Positions 36,570-48,670 of a DNA stretch of 64,000 nucleotides are shown here, piece after piece. The notes beneath the pieces are model-generated. The model was given only the letters and a program-made list of their open reading frames with translations. It was not told the origin of the DNA and searched no databases. Where the stretch lies: positions 15,686,001 to 15,750,000 of the forward strand of contig NC_043017.1 in assembly GCF_006345805.1 (NCBI RefSeq). The letters run 5' to 3'. The stretch is from Octopus sinensis. Taxonomy: Eukaryota. How positions within the stretch are numbered: the stretch's first letter is position 1; each line of letters starts with the position of its first letter. A program made the translations under genes and the position numbers.

Positions 36570-37120
36570 TCAGGTCACTTTCGAGTGCTACTGGTAACAT
36601 GTAACCCAGTACAACCTGTTGCATGGTCAGGTCGTCGGTGACTAAACCGGCAACCCCACCAAGCTTGCTTGGTGAGGAGGATGTTTATTGGAAACCCTGC
36701 GGGATGAAAAACAAAACCCGTCAAAAGGTAGAGGAACACTTGAGAGTCAACGGCCATCCAATAAATGTCTTAAGGCTGTATCATGCGCGGGGACATAGAA
36801 ATAATCGGACTGAATACCTGATCGCGCGGTTAAACCATTGGGAGTGAAGGACTCCTAGCCTTTGTTAGGGCATCCTTCTAGGAGAAGGTAACTCAGGTAA
36901 CTGGAATAACTCCGACATAAAACCTGCGGCTCAGTGGTTACCGATGATGTTGACTTGTTCTTCTTTTCGGATTATGGCTGCTGTTGCTTAGTGAGTGGGA
37001 TTGACTCAGTGCACAGCCTTTCCTCACTTTAAAAAAAATCTTCTTGCACAGGCATTGCACGATAACAACATTGATTAAGCTTTGTGCAATGGCCATACTC
37101 GATAACGAGGGGGCAGCCAC
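36570..37120 (+). mobile_element. RTE-type LINE 5' UTR fragment
   Basis: Motif gtgaaggactcctagcc...gggcatccttctaggagaaggtaactc recalled as typical of RTE 5' UTRs; HDV-like 3' half at its start. Confidence 0.5.
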
Positions 37121-37658
37121 CATGTATGTATGTGTGGCAGGCTTCTTTCAGCTTCCATTGACCAAATTCACCTGCAAGACTTTTGTCAGCCAGGGCTTAT
37201 AGTAGAAGACACTTGCCCATGGTATCATAGAGCAGGACTGAACTTACAACCATGTGGTTGGGAAGCAATATTCTTAACCACCCACCCACACCTGCCCCTA
37301 ATCACCCTGCGGTCTCAATTATAAGCTCTCTTCTGTGTATAATGCTTTGGAGTGTTTCTTATGTAACAAACTTCACAAACTTTTCTCTGTGTAAAGATGA
37401 TGTGGTGCCGGAATTAATGGTGGAAGTGGGCAGAAAGTGTTTGGATCTATTCTATGGTAAGAATTTAAAGAATGTCTGCCTCTCAGACATTCTGAGGAAT
37501 GTAACTCACTCAGATAATGTTGTCAACTGTTGAGAAATGAATTCTTTGTTCAAGTCAAACGCAATAATAATAATAACAACAACAACAAAAAGGAAAAACA
37601 CCGTATTGGAATGTGTCAGAGTAGACTGGGCAATTGTTGCTGTTGCTGCTGCTGCTGC

Positions 37659-37689
<31 letters not shown>

Positions 37690-38059
37690 GGTGGCGGCGG
37701 TGGTGTTGTTTTTGTTAGTTGCAGCAGGGTGACACTAGTGCTGATGATAAGGTCGGTGGGTGGGGAGGACAGGAGAAGGGTTAGGTGATCACCATGGTGA
37801 TGACAGTTATACAGTAATTATAAATTCCATCATTTTCCCAAGAAAGAGAAACAAGAGGAAAAAGAGAGAGAGAAAGAGAGAAAGGGAGAGAGGAGGGGGA
37901 GAGATCTAATATAGACTGAATAATTAAGATATATTTAACTAACTCTGTTAATTAAATGTTAATAGAGTAATTGTTATTATTATTCAGACTACCACTTATT
38001 GCCTTTCCATATCCAAATGTACACAAACATGTTAAACTAGACTGTGCATAAATATATCA

Positions 38060-38262
38060 ACATTATTATTAATATTATTATTATCATTATTCTAATATTC
38101 TTTCAATTTTGTTTCCATTTCCTGCCGAGCGTCTTCCCAACACCTAGGGCAAAGAAACTTGCTGTATACATTGATAAGCCATTAAAATAAACACACCAGA
38201 TCGTTCATTTACAATGTCATGCGATAGAAAAAAGGGAAGAAAGAAGAAAAAAAAGGAAAAAT
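38060..38262 (-). mobile_element. truncated copy of the Dong-like 3' end at about 9880-10045
   Basis: Shares atctgRtgtgtttattttaatggc...tttctttgccctaggtgt(t/c)gggaagac(g/a)ctcggca and a (TAA)n tail. Confidence 0.75.
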
Positions 38263-38276
38263 TTATCATTGTTGAG

Positions 38277-38646
38277 ACAGTGAGGTGGCAGAATCATTAG
38301 CACACTGGGCGAAATGCTTAGTAGCATTTTGTCTGTCTTTATGTTCTGAGTTCAAATTCCACCAAGATCGACTTTGCCTTTCATCCTTTCAGGGTCAATA
38401 AATTAAGTACCAGTCAGACACTGGGGTCAATGTAATTGACTAGCCTTATCCCCCCCTTATATTTCAGGCCTTGTGCCTAGAGTAGAAAGGATTATGGCTG
38501 TGTAGGAAGAAGCTTGCTTCTCAACTACTTGGTTCCGGATTCAGTCCCACTGCACGTCACCTTGGGCAAGTGTCTTCTACTATAGCCTTGGGCCGACCAA
38601 AGCCTGGTGAGTGAATTTGGTAGATGGAAACTGAAAGAAGTTCATC

Positions 38647-38680
<34 letters not shown>

Positions 38681-39090
38681 CGGGAAGCTTTACGAAAATA
38701 AACAAAAGATGAAGGTAGGTGGAGTACAAACAAACAATTGTATCAGTATGGCGCTCAGGAATAGAAATAAAACAAGTCTTTTACGTTTCGAGCCTACGCT
38801 CTTCGACAGAAAGATACACAGAAAAGAAACAAGGAGAGAAAAAAAATGCGTGTAGGAGCTAACGATTCAGTATGTATGTTTATATGTATTTATCTATTTG
38901 TGTGTCTGTGTTTGTCCCCTCACCATCTGATGTTGGTGTGTTTACATCCCCATAACTTAGCAGTTCAACAAAAGAAACCGATAGAATAAGTACTAGGCTT
39001 ACAAAGAATAAGTCTGGGGTTGATTTCTTCAACTAAACGAGGTGCTCCAACATGGCCACAGTAAGAATGACTGAAAGAAGTAAAAGAATT
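38277..39090 (+). mobile_element. Meta-like SINE (38277-38490) followed by a CORE SINE (38495-39090) with a PLE fragment in its internal (TA)n
   Basis: Family motifs; foreign segment at about 38680-38865. Confidence 0.7.
38777..38814 (-). ncRNA. minimal hammerhead with a core substitution
   Basis: Minus strand tcttt CTGTCGA a gagc-gtag-gctc GAAA cg TA aaaga; same design and flank (cgctcagga) as 17016-17050. Confidence 0.6.
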
Positions 39091-39104
39091 AAATAAAAGA
39101 AAAA

Positions 39105-39135
<31 letters not shown>

Positions 39136-39151
39136 TATTATTATTATATTA

Positions 39152-39182
<31 letters not shown>

Positions 39183-40545
39183 ATTGTTATTATTGTTGTT
39201 GTTACCATCTTGAAAAAGCACCCTCCAGCCAGTGATTTGTCTGTTTACTTACCTTTCGTATATATTCTGTTCCCAACCAAACACTTCCACCTCAGTCACA
39301 CCTGACAAGGTAATACTAATATGGTAAGCCGTAGGGTGAGGATATTTGCTGATACTTTGTAGATCTACGTTCAATCTCATTAAGTAACACCTTGGACCTC
39401 AATTAACCCAAACGTTGAGAGTAAAATTGGAAGTCCAACAGAGATACCTTTCACCTGGTCATGATTAATAGATTTAATCTACAAACCCAATTTAACCCCA
39501 CATCCCAACCTTTACATATCTTTATCAAAGTCCATTCAAGTGGTAATCCTTTTTCCCTCCAGTTGAATCCCTGCTTTTTCAGTTCTGCTTCTGTGCCCCA
39601 CCCCATGAGTCTCCCCGAGGAAAGGCCTTCTTCTCCCAGGTCTTGTTGGTTTTGAATTATCATTGATGCTGCCAATACTTGCATTCTTTCTACACAGGAT
39701 CAGCCTATCAACTTCCCCTTGCATGCAAGTCACCCAATCTCCACACCACAGAGGTTTATCCAAGAGAATGGCCTCTGATGTGGACCAATTACAACTTGGC
39801 ACCAGTTTTGTCTCAGATGTTGCTGTCAGAACTCAAAGCACCAGGCAGATGCCACAAGACATCATACCCAAACCTGTGACAGTTCTGCCAATCCAGGGCC
39901 CGAGACTGGCTCTTTATTTATTGGTATGAAAATGGGAGTGGGCCTCAGGAGGAATTGAACCCAGAGTGCAGAGAACAGGAACAAATACTGGAAGGCATTC
40001 TTTCTAAACACTTTAATCACTGTTGCAGACTTGCCAACATTGGGTATGGGCGTGTGTGTGTATAAACTCATTCACACACATACACAGTAATACAGGCATA
40101 TATATATATATATATATGCATGTATGTATATATATATATATTATATATATATATATATATAATATATATGCATGTATGTATGTATGCGTGTTTGTTTATA
40201 TACATATATATATGTGTGTGTGTGTGTATATATTTGTCTTACAAGTACTTGATGACCCTGTCAGTGCAGGTGCCACTTCAAAGCACCCAGTCCACCCTGT
40301 TGGGTGGTTGGCATTTGGAAGGGCATCCAGCTGTAAAAAATCCTGCCAAAGCTGTTACAGAAGTCTGGTGCAGGCTTCTGCCTTAACTGTTCTTGTCAAA
40401 CCATTCCACCCATGCCGGAATGGAAGGCAGAGATTAAATGATGATGATATATATATATCTGTAATATAATATGTGACAATTATTTGGTTGTCATAATAAA
40501 ACTCCCAGTTTCAGATGTTGGGGTGGAGTTTAATTATGGCAATGT

Positions 40546-40866
40546 GAGGGCGCGTGGCTTAGTGGTTAGGGCATTCGGCTCATGATCGTAAGGTTGTGAG
40601 TTCGATTCCCGGCGACGCGTTGTGTCCTTGAGCAAGACACTTTATTTCACGTTGCTCCAGTCCACTCAGCTGGCAAAAATGAGTTGTACTTGTACTTCAA
40701 AGGGTCAGCCTTGTCACTCTCTGTGTCACGCTGATTATCCCCGAGAACTACGTTCAGGGTACACGTTTCTGTGGAATGCTCAGCCATTTGCACGTTAATT
40801 TCACGAGCAAGCTGTTCCGTTGATCGTATCAGCTGGGACCTTCGTCGTCGTAACCGGCGGAGTCTT
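40546..40866 (+). mobile_element. full-length tRNA-derived CORE SINE with target-site duplication
   Basis: A-box tggcttagtgg, B-box gttcgattccc, CORE gtgtccttgagcaagacactt; aattatggcaa at 40532-40542 and 40869-40879. Confidence 0.88.
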
Positions 40867-40985
40867 TAAATTATGGCAACTGAATAATTGAATAATTATC
40901 ACATATTATATTACAGATAAATTCCTCTATTTACATAATATCAAAGTCTCATTCATTCTTTTGCTGTCATACCATTACTATTAAT

Positions 40986-41060
<75 letters not shown>

Positions 41061-41684
41061 CACACACATATATAATCTTCTCTCCTCTCCACCACCACTA
41101 ACTACCACCAGCATTTTTATGTCACAACTCAGACCCCAATAGGATAAATATATAAAAATGTTTACTTTTTTAAGAAATCATATGTAGGCAGGCAGAAGTC
41201 TGGCTTCCCAACCACGTGGTTCCAGGTTCAGTCCCACAGCGTGGGACCTTGAACAAGTGTCTTCTGCTATAGCCTCAGGCTGACCAAAGTCTTGTGAGTG
41301 GATTTGGTAACCAGTTTGACAGGGCTTGGCAAGTTAGAAGAGTGCACAAGGCTCTGCTGTCTGCTTTCGCTGGGTTTCTGCGGCTGGTTGTCCTTCCTAA
41401 TGTCAACTTCTTCACAGAATGCCTTTTACGTGATACCATCACTAGTGAGGTCAAGACCCCCCCACCACTCGACTGATGGGGGAGGACAGAATGGACGAAG
41501 ATGGCTTTGTACCAGGTGATGAGGAGTTAAAGTATGAATAGAGGGACAAAAGTAGGGGACTTGCAGTAAATGGCTACCTCAGTAGAGGAGGGGGTTTGGG
41601 GGAAGAAGAGAGGGGAGAGATGGGGAGAAAAGAGAGGGAGGGAGGGAGGGCGGACAGAGAAGGGGAGGGAGAAATATAGGTGGA

Positions 41685-42020
41685 GGCGTGGCTGTGCAGG
41701 TAAGAAATTTGCTTCCCAACCACATGGTTCCTGGTTCTGTCCCATTGCCTGGCACCTTGCTCAAGTGTCTTCTATTATATAGCTTCTGGCTGACCAAAGC
41801 CTTGTGAGTGGATTTGGTAAATGGAAACTGAAAGAAGCCTGTTGTGTGTTTGCGTTTGTCCCCAACCATCCCCTGACAACCGGTGTTGTGTTCACACCCC
41901 TCTTACTTAACAGTTGGGCTTAATAAAAAAACTACAGGGGTCAATTCGTTCAACTAAAATTTAAGGCGGTGCCCCAGCCTGGCCATAGTCTAATGACTGG
42001 CGCAAATAAAAGATAAAAGA
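41685..42020 (+). mobile_element. CORE-type SINE
   Basis: Head, core and tail as in 35398-35790. Confidence 0.75.
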
Positions 42021-42439
42021 TACGTTGTCTAGATAGGGATTATCATTTTTATCCTTCAAAAATTAAACCAGGATTATTTCAAGTTTTACAGAAACATCCT
42101 CTTGAAATTCTTTTTATCATTCCTTTCGAAACGTTTTCTCCGTGTTTTCAATTTAACCGATGACCAGGTTACATCGATTTCAAAGCACAAAAATATATTT
42201 TGTTAGCATTTGAAATGTATTCAGGAAGTGAATGCGCATTACTTTCATTATTTGACTCGTTTTATTTTGGTTTTCTGCAAAATCAGGAGCAAAGTGTGTG
42301 AATGAGTATCGTTACTGTTTATTTTAAATACAAGCAAATATCTTCATTGTTTCTATTAAATACGGAGTAGCAGATGAATGAGAGTCTTGCCGAAGGTCGA
42401 GACGACTCCTCATCAGTGCGGTTAAACAGTTATCTCCCT

Positions 42440-43600
42440 TTATTCGTTTGGGGGGGTTCTCCTCTTCCTACTTCTCACTCCCCGCTAACTCTCTCTTGTA
42501 ATAACCCTCTTTCTTTGTCTCTTTTTTCCTCTTCCTCTCGCACCTTCACATTTGATTTTTCTTTCTCTCTAATTTCCTCTTTTTCGAAATCTTTCTCCCA
42601 CTCGTTCTTTTCTCTGTTTACCTATCTATCTGTCTAGCTCTCTTTCTCTATGCATCTATCTGTCTGTCTCTTCCCTCTAATTTATTTCTTTAATCCCGTT
42701 CTTTCTCCATTTAGCCCCCCCTAGCCTCCATTTATTCCTCTTTCTATCCCCCTCACCACACCCCCTTTCTTTAGTGTGTGTCTCTCCACTTTCTCTCTCT
42801 ATATCTTTATACCATCTCTCTCCCCTTTCAGTTACATCCCTCTCTACTCTCCTCCTAAATCTCCCCCTCTTTCTCTTTATCCATCACTCCCATCTTTAAT
42901 TTATTCCCCTCTCTATTGTACTCCTCCCTTATCTTTCTCTTTACCTCTACTCATGTATCTATCTATCTATCTATCTCCCACCCTGTCTATCCTTTTCTCG
43001 TTCTCTTCAACCCCCCACTCCTCTTCTTTATCGTCTCACCCTTACCTCCTTTCTAGCTCTCTACTCTACTCCGTTTATAACTCTTTCTCTCCTTTATTCA
43101 ATCTATCTATCTATTTCCCCCTCTCTTTATCTTACTCTTGTTCTCTTTAACCCCACTCCTCTTCATAATTTTCTCGCTATCCCTCCCTTATATTCCTCTA
43201 TTCTACTCCCTCTATCTATCTACCTATCTACATTTCCTACTTCCTTTATGTTTCTCTCGTTCTTATTCCCTCAACCTCTCACTCCCCTTGTTTATCACAA
43301 CACATATTGCTCTACTCTTTCTAGCTCTCCCTCTCTATCTCTACCTATCTATTTCCCCCTCCTTACATCTTTCTAACTCACTCCCTCTCTCTCTCTCTCT
43401 TTCTCCTCTAGCTATCTATCTACCTATCCATTTCCCACTACCTTTCTCTATCTTACTCTCGTTCTCCTCAAACCTCACTCTCCCAACTTCCCCCGTCTAT
43501 GTCTCTACTCTTTCTCCTCTCCCTCCAACACCATATCACCTCCTACCGACACCACCCTCCTACCACCACGCTACACACTCAATTCGCCATTTTGACTGAC
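42440..43600. repeat. long pyrimidine-rich low-complexity tract ((CT)n/(CTAT)n derived)
   Basis: Very few G over about 1.1 kb on the plus strand. Confidence 0.9.
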
Positions 43601-44112
43601 CCTGCTTGATTCTTGTTGGTTTTCCTCTCCCAGGTATGTCTGTCTTTACCACGAAACATCTACCATCTGCCCCTTGTTGTCAACCCGTTTCGCACCTTAC
43701 CTTTGGCCCTTACCTATCTCTCCACCTGGCTAAACACTCACAATCTCCCAACGAAGCCAGCAAACCTCAAACAACCATCGAATGGACAGCCTGCTCTCCC
43801 TCTCTTCCTCCATGTTTACTTTATTTTCTATTCAACAAACGCGTCATCGTTTCGTTGATGTCCACCTCTCTCTCTCTCTCTCTCCACTGTCTATATATCT
43901 ATATACACTCACACACACACACACATATATACATACATATATATATACACACACACACTTCATTATATATGTATACTGTTCATATACTGTATGTGTATAT
44001 ATGTATGTATATAGTGTGAAGATGATATTTGTATGTGTACCAGCTATAGATTATATATATGTGTGTATATATATGTATGTATATAGTGTGAAGACATTTG
44101 TATGTGTACCAG

Positions 44113-44168
<56 letters not shown>

Positions 44169-45723
44169 ATATACATATATATATCTATATATATGTGTGT
44201 GTATTGAAGCCTACTCTATACGTAATGTGTTTATTCAACATCCCATTTAATGTATGTGTTTCATATTTCTGCTCTTCACTGATCGCATATTTTAAAAATT
44301 ATTACATTATACAAAAATTGACGTATATATATTTTATATATAACCATTGAAGGTCTGCGTATATCCTTATGTATCTGTATATATATATATATATATATAT
44401 ATAAATATATATATATATGTGGTTGTATGTTTAAATATCGAATGATATATTGGGGCTGTTCTACCTATTTCTGTATTGTGTAGAAATGTGTTGATATTTT
44501 CTCTGTCGTATATATGTGTGTAAATAGTGTCGCCTCTAACGGTCTATTGTATGCTGTGGTTATATTATGCACCACATTGTATATTATGTATTAAAAAAAT
44601 GTACTTCAACAGCTAGATGGTTTGTGAGTGTATATATGTGTGTGTGTGTGTGGTGGTACGTAATGACTATTGTATGATACTTTTTTTATGAAACCTAAAG
44701 GTTTCCAATTAAGGTCGACTGTCTGGTCGCCTTGGTCAGCAGTGATGAAACTGTATATATATATAGATGTGTACATATATAAGTGTGTCTATGTGTGTAT
44801 ATATAGAGAGAGACAGAGACAGACAGACAAATAGATGAATGTATATATAGGCAGATAGATGGGTCAAATATATTTATTTCAATAAATGTATAGACTGGTT
44901 TACGAATACACACCATGCCTTTTAATAGCGAGCTGAATTATATTGCGCTCTAGATTATGTATATATATAATTATGTATCTCTGTCTCTCTCTTTATATAT
45001 ACACACACATATACATATGTATGTATAATTTTTTTTCTATTTACATAATGCGTGTTGAGTAATCTGATTTTCTATTAACACAGACGGGATATGTCAGACC
45101 AAGAAAATGACGACGATGAATCTTGCTACATATTTATTGATTATTTATGTATGTGTGTGTATATATATATATAAATATATATAAATATATATGTATATAT
45201 ATATGTATATATCTAGATAGATGAATAGATAGCCTGGTTGGTGTCGGTTAACCAGCGACATATTATTCTAACCATTATGTTATCTATTAACCATGGGCTG
45301 TAGCCATGAAATATCGAATTGCCATCTTGCTGCCACCATCAGCCAGCCGTTTGGTATCATCTGATATCATCATCGTCTTCACCATCATCGTCATCTCCTG
45401 CTGTAATAATAATAATAATTATTATTATTATTGTTGCCGCCGCCATATAATAATAACAATAATACCACCACTACCCCTCCGCCGACGACCATCACTTCTG
45501 AAACAAACAAGTCTTGTGCCGCCGCCGCCGTCTCAGCTGCTCCACTCCTACTATTACTCTTCTCTTTAGTCTCACCCTCTCACTAATTGGGGAGGAGGAG
45601 GAGGAGACGTGATGTTGTAATCTTCATGCTTGGTTTCTTCTTTTTCTGTCAACTCTCTCTCTCTCTCTCTTATTCTCTTTCTATTCAACGTAGTCAGATG
45701 CACGGTAAGGTATCCACCCCCTT

Positions 45724-45813
<90 letters not shown>

Positions 45814-46524
45814 AATATATGGCAGTATTAATGACGTTATAGTTTAAATATATATACATACAGACACACATATATATAAATGTGTTTTCTCACCAGCATC
45901 ATTGTCGACGTCGATGCTTCTAGATAGTGACAGTGGTGAAGTTCATGCCTCTACCTCGAATGCTATCAATCCTCGACACCGAAGCTGGGATATGCCGACT
46001 GGCCAGCTGGAGCTTACCTTGTACTACTACTACTGTTTCTACTACTGCTAGTAATGCTGGTGCTGGTTTCTTACACCGGCAGAAACGGGGGGGGGGGCAC
46101 GAAAATGGGACTAATTTTTGCTGGTTGGATTAATGTACGGCCGCCGTATATGACTGGTATGACCATTCTAAGTGTTTCGTCGAAGGTTGATGAAACAAAC
46201 AATGTCTTTAATCCGGCGCGTGATCTCGTCATCACCTCCACCAACAACAACATCAATAATAATAATAATAATTTGAGACGGAGGTGTATCTATTTCCGAG
46301 ATGATGGCGGTACAGGAAGTTATGGATTTTAATACCCGAGTCAGTGTCCGGGTGGATTGTTGCTTTGATTAGTGGTGGTGATGAAATGTGGAGATAGTTT
46401 ATAATGGTGATGATGGCCTACATAATAGTTAGGCGCAGTGGTCTCCGACTGGCTGCGACTGAGAATCGAAACCAGGTCAGAAACTTGGTTCGCCGGAATC
46501 TGACGACGGCGATGATGATGGTTT

Positions 46525-46660
46525 GGAAGTATTCAAATGTTGGCACAAAGCCAGCGATTTTACGGGGTCTAGTCAATTACATCGACTCCAGTGCTCAACT
46601 GGTACTTAATTTATCGACCCCGAAAGAATGAAAGGCAAAGTCGACCTTGGCAGCATTTGA
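46525..46660 (-). mobile_element. Meta-like SINE 3' part
   Basis: Reverse complement of the core gtcgactttgcctttc...ggggtcgataaattaagtaccag. Confidence 0.75.
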
Positions 46661-46790
46661 TCATAATAATAATAATCTTCTACACGGTACTCAGGTGCGT
46701 TAAAACACTGATGCGTGGCAAGAAATATCTGAACAAAAATATAAAAAAAGATTTTAATATAAATTGAAATAGAATGTTAATGTCCCCCCC

Positions 46791-46842
<52 letters not shown>

Positions 46843-47479
46843 AATTTTGAATTTTTATTGATGTAAATATTATGAGAAAAACATTGTTAGACATAAATGT
46901 CTCGTATGTAAATCTTGTAACTATATTTATATAACGCGTGTAATGTGTGTGTGTATATATATATGTGTGTATGTATATAGTTTTCTGAAGTTGATTTTTT
47001 TTGTTCTGTATAGCTGAATCACTGTATGTAGCTATGTATGTATATATAATGTTGGTAACATACTTTACTGTATTAATCGTGCATGTATAATTTTATTCTT
47101 CAGTCGGTACTTGTGTGTTGATAATTTCAACTCTGTATCACTGCATGAAGCTGTGTGTATATATTATGTAAATGGATGTGTAGTTGTGCTTAGGATGTGT
47201 GTATACACCATAACAATGTCGTTATGTTAATATTCTGTTTAATAGCTATATAACAACATTCACTATATATTACTATATGTATGTGTTTGCCTGTTTTTAG
47301 ATTTTAAACATCCCGAGAGGGAGAGGCTTTTTTTTAACATATTGTTCTGATAATCCCAGTTGATCAGTTTTTCAATTCTTTATAGTACTTGTGTGCGGCC
47401 TTATTGTATGTATGTATATATATATATATATTATATATATATGTATATATGTATGTATGTATCCCCTCTGCCATATTAT

Positions 47480-47830
47480 GTTCATCATCGTTTTAACGCC
47501 CACTTTTTCCAGTCTTGCATGGGTCAGATAGAATTTTATTGAGGCAGATTTTCTGCGGCCCAGATGCCTTTCCTGTCAGCCAATTTTGCCCTTTTTCCCC
47601 TTTTCCCCAGCAATGTAAATATTTCTCCCCATGGCCAGACATGTTTTTGCAGAATATTGGAAATGAATGATACTGCTTGTATAAAGGTGGTGCTCGTTTA
47701 CAACTATCATTTGACATCGAGATATGGAGATGCAGACATGCACACACACACGCACAGTTTCAGTTTCCATCGACCAATTCCTCTCCTATGGTTCTGGATA
47801 GCACAGGGCTATAGTGGATATATTTGGCTT
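47480..47830 (-). mobile_element. SINE with RTE-like (GAT)n tail; related copies near 32570, 51050 and 53530-53910
   Basis: Shared segment catgtctgg(c/t)catgg...gaaatatt...aggaag...gcatc...tagaaa...atgcaag. Confidence 0.65.
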
Positions 47831-48030
47831 GATTTTTATGGTTGGATACCCTTGTTGCCATCCACTTTTTCTTTGTAATTTTTACTCAGTATCAATACAA
47901 GAGGTTGTATTTAAACTGAAAAGTCCTCACAAATTTCTCCCTCTTTGTTGAGTCTTTTTTTAAACTATGGTCTTCCTAGATCTATAGTAGGATATTCCAC
48001 ACACACACACCTCTCTCTCTCATATATATA

Positions 48031-48345
48031 TATATTAGAAGAAATGAGGTACTCAGAAATTCGGATGGTTTTATATTTACAGATATTTATTTGTATATTA
48101 CATGTTTTTATACATCATATAACTTATATCATATATTAGCGCTTTCGTCCATTCTGGTGGATTTTTAGTCCAATTTGAAAAATCCACCAGAATGGACGAA
48201 AGCGCTAATACATGATATAGTTATATGATGTATAAAAACATGTAATATACAAATAAATATCTGTAAATATAAAACCATCCGAATTTCTGAGTACCTCATT
48301 TCTTCTAATATAAGATACCTGTACATCATCTCCAAACCTTCTAAA
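48031..48345 (+). mobile_element. PLE-derived near-perfect palindromic element with hammerhead 3' halves
   Basis: Arms 48031-48166 and 48178-48312; loop agtccaatttg; motif gtcc...ggac GAAA gcgc TA. Confidence 0.85.
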
Positions 48346-48618
48346 ATATATATATATATATATAGGTCATTATTTGCATAATCACTGAACCTGGAGCTTA
48401 ACTATAGTCTGTCTATATCACTTACTCAGCATTACCTGATACCTTTGGGTCTTATTGACACCAATACCTCTCATAACCTATATATATATATATATAACAT
48501 TCGTTTTCCATACTGTCAGGGGCTGACAGGTTCCAATGAGCTGCAGGACTACATCAAGCTCCAATGTCAAGTTTGGCATGTATATATTATATTGCTATAT
48601 AAAGCTCTGTTTGTGTAT

Positions 48619-48670
<52 letters not shown>

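Noticed and set aside
42365-42420. Possible minus-strand hammerhead (gca CTGATGA ggagtc...gactc)
   Set aside because: The GAAA is absent and stem I is only 3 bp.
44685-44750. Possible minus-strand hammerhead (CTGACCA...GAAA cctttagg TT)
   Set aside because: Core mismatch, extra nucleotides before GAAA, and no stem I.
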